Shown in pieces: positions 56,004 through 64,000 of a stretch of DNA of 64,000 nucleotides. Position 1 is the first letter of the stretch. Every line of letters starts with the position of its first letter. The translations under genes and the position numbers were made by a program. The notes beneath the pieces were generated by a model. The model did not search any database, had not been told where the DNA came from, and saw only the letters and a program-made list of their open reading frames with translations. Source of the stretch: Eledone cirrhosa (Eukaryota); NCBI GenBank assembly GCA_964016885.1, contig OZ024741.1, positions 293,508,001-293,572,000 on the forward strand, in the 5' to 3' direction.

Positions 56004-57090
56004 CATGACTCCAATAGTGTCAATTATTTTTTCAAGTTAAAAATGATGCTTCTATTTAAAAAGCTTTCCAACCTCAGCTCAAGAGTGATACAACCCTCTT
56101 ATTGATGGAACCAAATGTATACTGTTTATACTCTTCTATAAGTTACAGAATTGTGATGAAATAAACTACAATACCTCTGACCTGCCAAATATGATGAACA
56201 ATATGATTGGATGGCAACAGAAAGTCAAGAGAATTTGTGGAAGCAGTTCTTTTGTGGGAGCCTACACAAGGAAGAACTAACAAAGGACAAGCCAAGTCCT
56301 ATATCAATCAGATTTGTGACAACATAAACTGCAATCCTTCTGACCTGCTGAATATGATGAATAATACAACTGGGTGACAACAAAGACTCAAACAAATCTG
56401 TACAAGCAGTGCGACATATTGGTTTATTAATAAGTTGCACCTTTTTCCAGAAATGAAAAACAATGTAAAAATATGGCATGCAACTCATCAACTGGACCTA
56501 CAAAACCTTATATGTAAGTCAAGTACTGAACCAGAAGTTTTGTATATAAAATGTATGTGCGACCTATCTACTGGTGCAGCTTATGCATGAATATGTATGG
56601 TATGGTCCTGGCAGAGCCCATCTCTCTCCAGGTTTGAACACAGCAGATTTCTTCCAGAGAACGATAGAGAGAAAGAGAGAAAGAGAGAAAGAGAGAAAGA
56701 GAGAATGGAAGCAAGAAAGCGACATAAAGGAAGAATCAACCCCAATACTAGACTGGTACTTTTTTATCGACTTCAAAAAATAGAAAGGTAAAGTTGACCT
56801 CGATGGAATTTGAATTCAAAGAAAAGAGAGCCGGAAGAAATACAGCAAAGCATTTTATCTGACGTCTGAAAGACTGCTAATCCACCACCTTATATATGTA
56901 TGTGAGGTATACATGAAGGAAAATGATAAATAAGATTGATGAAATTGATGTTGATCTCAAGAAGATTTGAACTCAGAGCACATAGAGTCAGGATGAATAC
57001 CCCAAAGCATTCTGTCAGACATTCTAATGATTCTGCCAAATTGTTGTCTTACACTACGCACATATATATATGTATGTGAATGTGTGTGTG

Positions 57091-57121
<31 letters not shown>

Positions 57122-58339
57122 ATGTGTTGACCTTATTAGTTATTACACTACAGAGTGCTTGCAAATATTTCCTGGCAAAATACCTACTTCGAACATTTTA
57201 CCTGCTTAATAGCTTTCACTCCCTTGTTCTCTTTCCTCTTTCCATCTCTTTAAACACACTCATGTGTGCATGTTCTCTGAGTTACAAAATTGGAGTGATG
57301 ATTTAATTGTAAGGGAAACAAAGGGTATGGTTTTGTTTAAAGAAATACCCTCACAGCCCACCTTCAATTCACTATTGGTGGATTGTTCTCTCATTCAAAA
57401 TAGTTGAGCTGATTTTGCTATGTTAACTTTTATGGAAGCCCCTTGCATATTTTTTTTTGTGTTTTTATTTAAAGAGCTGCTTATGTGTGTGTGTCTGTGT
57501 GAGCAGTATTAATTTTGTCGAGGACCACTGCCATTAAGTTAAATCTTGTTTTCATTGTCGTACTTTTCTATGGCCTTAACAAAAATCAATGCTTTACACA
57601 TAATGTCACCTATCATAAACGAATAAATGCCCAAACCACATGCACTCCTTACCACCATCTCACTTACACACTCACTTGGCTGTATAATTGCTCCCTGCTA
57701 AATTTGGTCATTGTATTCCATATGCTTTGTTTGTATTCATTGGCATTATTATTATTATCATTATTCATGTTGTTGTTATTAGTATTATAGATGTTTTATA
57801 ACAATTATTATCATTAATAATACTATTATATTTGTTTTATTGTCATTATTATTTCATTAGCATTAGAAATGATTATTCTTATTGCAGTTGTTGTTGTTCT
57901 TTGTGGTTGTTATTGTAGATGTTATTATTGTAGTTGCAGTTGTTGTTTGTGGGTTATCTAATTGGTTAAATATTAGAAAATCACTTCCTTTATGATTTCG
58001 AGTTCCAGGTTGTTTTCAAAGAATGGATGTTGGTATTTTATATTTTGTTCCATTTTGTTTATTTTCCTTTGTTGTCTTTGTTTGGTTTCTTTTTTAAATC
58101 TTATTTTATTACTTTATGTGTTTGAAAGGAAAAGGGAGAGATAAAGAAGATACTGAGAGGGAGAAAGACAAAGGAAGACAGGAAGGAGGTTGAAATAACC
58201 TCTCCCCTAAACACTGATTTACCACTACAATTACCTAATTGTTATCAGCATGGAATCATCATAGTCATCAAAAAAAAAAAAAAGGAGAGATACATACTTT
58301 AAGAGTGCAGTTTACATGTTACTGTGGTTGTTGTTACAA

Positions 58340-58780
58340 AAGTGATGGATTGGCAGTATCAGTAGAGTGTTGGACAACATGCTTTCTGGCATTTAGTTAT
58401 GTCTCTTTAAATTCTAAGTTCAAATACTATTAGGGTTACCTTTGCCTTTCATCCTTATGAGGCTGATAAAATAAAGTACCAGTAATGCACTGGGGTTGAT
58501 TTAATCGACTTTCCCCTTCCCCAAAATTGTTGGCCTTGTGCCTAAATCAGAATTATTATTATTAGGTTGAAGGCAATAGATTGGCAGTATCAGCAGTACA
58601 TCAGACAACATGCTTTTAGGCATATAGTTATGTCCCATTATGTTCTGAGTTCAAAATCTGCTGAGGTTAGCTTTGCTTTCCTCCTTATGAGGTCGATAAA
58701 ATAAAGCACCAGTAATGCACTGGCGTCAACTTTCCCTTCCCCCAAATTTGTTAGCCATGTGCCTAAATCAGAAACGATTA
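58340..58780 (+). mobile_element. Two tandem older Meta-type SINEs (longer 3' variant)
   Basis: Central domain plus an extra ggggttgatttaatcgactttcccc segment. Confidence 0.8.
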
Positions 58781-58879
58781 TTATGTTTAATATTATTGTT
58801 AATATTAAACATAATAATCGTTTATATTCTGTTTAATATTATTGATAGATTCAGAAGAAACTGACACCAACAGTTAGGT

Positions 58880-59540
58880 TTGCGAAAGAGAGAAGCCATC
58901 CACTACAGTTATAATAGCATATGGTTTACTATAATTGGCCGAATCATGGGATATGAGGGTTGATCTGGGAGGTAGGTTGCACTTCTGGGTTATTCAAACA
59001 TCACTGAGGCCAGATATAGTATTTTGGTCTGAAAGGGTAAAAAAGATAGTCCTGATTGGACTCACAGTCCCATGGGAAGAAAAGTATGGCAAAGCTTTTG
59101 AGCAAAAGAATGCCAAGTATCAAGAACTTGTACAAGAGTGCAGGGAGAACGATTGGCAGGCATGGCTATATCCAGTTGAAGTGGGCTACAGGGAATTCCC
59201 TTCTTAGACATCATGGAGAATGCTCGCTGCCATTGGAATGACAAGAAAAAAGAAGGCTGCAATTTACAGGATGGGGGAGGGAGCAAAAAAGGCCTACTGT
59301 TGGCTTTGGAACAGGAGAGAAGAGATAAGCTGGAAGCACAGAAAGAAAAGATGAACAGTAACATGTCCACCACTGCTGACCCACTAGCAAGAGGTTGTTA
59401 CAGTTGAGGGTTAAAACACCCAATGAACGTTGGACACTATCTGATGAGTTCAATGTCTCCTGGCTATGTTCACTGAGAGTGAATTAATGTGAGGCATCGC
59501 CTTGAAGATGTAATTATGCCAGCAGAATCAGGAGAGCATC
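58880..59540 (+). mobile_element. R2-group (Hero-like) non-LTR element 3' fragment, restriction-like endonuclease
   Basis: LRPDIVFWSE...LTVPWEE...KNAKYQELV...PVEVGYREF. Confidence 0.88.
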
Positions 59541-60404
59541 AGAAAAAATAATTTGCAACATTCGTTCTAGCTCTTTATATTTGATGTTCAAATTCTACCA
59601 AATTCTACCAAATTCTACCAAATTCTACCAAGGCCAACATTACCTTTCATTCGTTCTGGGTGTCGATAAAAAACTAATAGTCATGTACACAGGATTTGAA
59701 CTCAGAACACAAAACCACAGAACAAATACCACAACAAATTTTATCCAACACTAAATCTCTTCTAATTCATCACCAAATACATGTGTACATTTGAACATGT
59801 ATGTATATAGGAATAGAGAGATAATGTATATTTTTGGGCATGTGTGTATAAACATACACACATGTGCATATATGTGTGTGTGTATATATATATATATATA
59901 TACATATGTTTGCATATATGAGTATATATGCATATATATATATATATGCACATGCATATATGTATACATGTATTTGTATATATATATATATGTATACATG
60001 TATTTATATATATATATATATATATACATATATGCACATGCATATATGTATACATGTATTTTTATACTTATATATATACTTATGCATATATATATATATG
60101 CATGTACATATGTACATTACAACATTGCAATCACTATTTAACAGAATTGCTACTTAAATTGTCACATAAAATTTTATGTAGTTGGCATGAAAGTGATACA
60201 CTTTGATATACCCTTCTGTCTTGGACTATCGTGCTATGGCTGTGAATACCTGTGTATGTTTGCAGATAGATGCATATCTATGTGGTTGAGTGTGTGTGTG
60301 TGTAGTGATGTATAAAGTTATATATACAAACCAGTAAATCTACAGTTTATAGAGTCACACACTGGTACATATGTATGAATGTGTGTGTGTGTGTATATAT
60401 ATAT

Positions 60405-60743
60405 CATCATCATTTCATTATACGTCCGCTATTTCCCTGCTTGCAAGGGTGGGACAGGAACTGAGTCTGGCTTGATTTCTACAGCTGGATGCCCTTCCTA
60501 ACACCAACCTCATTTACAGTGAGTGGTGGGTGCTTTTTTGGGTCTGGCACCTCCACGACCACTTTGCAGTGGAATGAGAGGGACCCCAGTCCCTATCATC
60601 TCATTTCTACAGCTGAGTAAACTGGAGTAATGTGAAATAAAGTGTCTTGCTCAAGGAAACAACACATCACCCGGTCTGAGAATTGAACTCACAACCTTTC
60701 GATTGCAAGGCCAATGCTCTAACCACTAAGCCATGTGCCTCCA
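60405..60743 (-). mobile_element. Full-length tRNA-CORE SINE with RTE tail
   Basis: Head TGGAGGCACATGGCTTAGTGGTTAGAGC...GAGTTCAATTC, CORE domain, tail shared with 63200-63340. Confidence 0.9.
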
Positions 60744-60744
60744 T

Positions 60745-61222
<478 letters not shown>

Positions 61223-61228
<6 letters not shown>

Positions 61229-62698
61229 AGAGTTTAGCGTAAAAGTTGGCGTCCATCAGGGCTCTGTTCTCAGTCCACTACTATTTATTATTGCCCTTCA
61301 GGCTATAACAGAGGAGTTCAAGACAGGCTGCCCATGGGAACTCCTATACGCAGACGACCTGACACTCATAGCGGAATCAATGGCCGAGCTAGAGAAGAAA
61401 TTCCAAACATGGAAGCACGGCCTAGAGTCAAAAGGACTTAAAATTAACCTGGCTAAGACCAAAGTACTAGTTTGTAGGAAAGAAAACAAGGCGGCGGCCC
61501 CTTCTGGGAAATGGTCGTGCTCGGTGTGTAGGAAAGGCGTAGGTAGAAACTCCATTTTATGTCCTAAATGCAAAGTATGGGTGCATAAAAGATGTAGTGG
61601 GATCACAGGTAAGCTAACTAAGAACATAGATTTTACATGTGGCCGGTGCTCTGGTGCAATAAGTAGCAGCAAGTGCCCACAAACTACTAGCTCTTTCAAT
61701 TGCGCAGAGGGTTCTATAGAAATAGTGGACAGCTTCCGTTACCTGGGCGATAAAATCAGCAGTGGGGGAGGGTGCTCTGAAAGTACTGTAGCTAGAGTCA
61801 GAACTGGTTGGAAAAAGTTCAGAGAGCTTATACCACTATTAGCTGCTAAAGGGTTCTCACTAAAAATGAAAGGCAGGTTGTACGATGCCTGCATACGAAC
61901 AGCAATGCTGCATGGCAGTGAGACCTGGGCATTGTGTGCAGAGGATATACGCAGACTAGAGAGGAACGAAGCTTGCATGCTCCGCTGGATGTGTAACAGT
62001 AATATACGTGAACGGCAAAGCATAAACGAACTAAGGAAAAAATTAGAGATAAGAGGGATCAGATGTTGTTTACTCGAGAAAAGGCTACGTTGGTATGGAG
62101 ACGTGATGCGCATGAAAGTCGATAGCTGTATAACAAAGTGCAGGGCAATAAAGATAGACGGTAGTCACGGAATAGGCAGACCTAGAAAAACCTGGGACGA
62201 GCTGATAAACTCCGACATCACACACTTACACCTCTCCAAGACAATGTCACTGGACCGAGACCTTTGGCGGTACTCAGTAACAGAGAAGACCCGCCTTACC
62301 TAAATATATAGTAAAACCTACTCCAGCCAGTAGGCATCTCTAACAAAATACACCCCGTCCCACCACCACCACCCCCACCCGATCCACACCACCCCGTTCT
62401 ATGTAAAGTTATGTTGGTGCCGCGCCATCGAGGCCGAAACAAATGAGATCGTGTAGGTGTCACGACAAAAAAACACACAGTCCACGCTGTAATGTGGCCG
62501 TGTAGGCAACACGGTAAAAACCTCCCAGACCCACACTGTAAATGTGGTTGGTGTTAGGAAGGGCATCCAACTGTAGAAAACCTGCCAGACAGTCCTATGC
62601 GAGCAAGACAATCACTCTTGCCTCAAGTGGGACTACCCCCGTCCAAACCCATGCAAGCGTGGAACACGGACGTTAAACGTTGATGATGATGATGATGA

Positions 62699-62700
<2 letters not shown>
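61223..62700 (+). mobile_element. 5'-truncated young RTE LINE (uninterrupted RT C-terminal ORF to 62303, 3' UTR, (GAT)n)
   Basis: [52 protein letters not shown]. Confidence 0.96.
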
Positions 62701-62759
<59 letters not shown>

Positions 62760-62766
62760 TATATAT

Positions 62767-62908
<142 letters not shown>

Positions 62909-62915
62909 TATATAT

Positions 62916-62986
<71 letters not shown>

Positions 62987-63029
62987 ATATATTTATAAAT
63001 ATATTTATATATATATATATATTATATAT

Positions 63030-63065
<36 letters not shown>

Positions 63066-63082
63066 TATATTTATATATATAT

Positions 63083-63791
63083 ATCATCATCATCATCACC
63101 GTTTTACGTCCGTTCTTCCACGCTAGCATGGGTTAGACGGGTTGTCCTGTTGTGGGCAGTGTCTGGTCGGCTGACCATGCCTTGCTCATACAGGAACTGA
63201 TCTGGCTTGATTTCTACAGCTGGATGCCCTTCCTAACACCAACCTCATTTACAGTGAGTGCTGGGTGCTTTTTCGTGGCGCCTACACGTCCACTTTACAG
63301 TGTGGGCTGGGTGCTTTTTTGCCGTGGCACCTCCACGACCACCTTGCGGTGGGGGGGGGGGGGGGGGCATATTGTTTATATGCTTCAGCATGTACCCATG
63401 GGAGGTCGGGTACCCTGTATTACTGCGTGACGCCAGAAGTCACGGTCGTGTGTCATTGACTTTGAGAGGTGTAGTTGGGTAAGGTCGGCTTTTATCACCT
63501 CATCCCAAGTCATCTTGGGTCTTCCCACTCCGCGGTTTCCATCAACTTCTAGTGCTCTGCACCTTTTTATGCAGCTGTCATCCTTCATACGCATCACATG
63601 TCCATACCAGCGTAACCGCCTCTCCTGCACGCAGCATTTGATTCCTCTTATGCTCAGTCTCTCTCTCAATTCATTTATGCTTTGTCGTTCACGTATATTA
63701 CTGTTACACATCCATCGGAGCATGCAGGCTTCGTTTCTCTTTAATCTACGTAAGTCTTCCACCTTCAGCGCCCAGGTCTCACTACCATGCA
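63083..63791 (-). mobile_element. RTE LINE 3' fragment (sister subfamily)
   Basis: HGSETWAL...RRLRWYGHVMR...GRPKMTW, then UTR and (GAT)n; flanked by (TA)n. Confidence 0.95.
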
Positions 63792-63808
63792 ATATATATA
63801 TATTTATT

Positions 63809-63863
<55 letters not shown>

Positions 63864-63880
63864 ATATTTATATATATATT

Positions 63881-63911
<31 letters not shown>

Positions 63912-63912
63912 T

Positions 63913-63945
<33 letters not shown>

Positions 63946-63954
63946 TTATATATA

Positions 63955-63999
<45 letters not shown>

Positions 64000-64000
64000 A

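Noticed and set aside
56545-56660. Possible exon after a CT-rich tract
   Set aside because: Stops in all three frames and no good donor.
59589-59631. (CAAATTCTAC)x4 tandem repeat
   Set aside because: Local slippage inside an old SINE B-box.
60670-60743. tRNA gene
   Set aside because: SINE head continuing into the CORE domain; no proper acceptor stem.

Overview
AT-rich, microsatellite-dense eukaryotic DNA, not prokaryotic. The repeat content (tRNA-derived CORE- and Meta-type SINEs, RTE LINEs with (CAT)n tails, CR1, Tx1, Hero, Penelope, mariner) suggests an octopus or other cephalopod; this is an inference. Nearly all long ORFs in the track are simple-repeat artefacts or retroelement fragments. 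No host gene was confidently identified, only a few candidate minus-strand exons; one ends in KDEL-stop. The main hidden signal is at the RNA level. There are about 16 type I hammerhead-ribozyme (HHR)-like motifs from unrelated sequence families: about 8 with complete CUGANGA/GAAA/NUH cores, the rest decayed or truncated. One lies directly 3' of a Penelope GIY-YIG ORF. Six are inside or beside fold-back inverted duplications, and in four of these the turn-around point falls inside the ribozyme. A Hero-element 3' UTR also carries hammerhead core boxes in a non-nested, pseudoknot-like order. All structures were paired by eye; none has been folded computationally or tested, and repeat boundaries are approximate.
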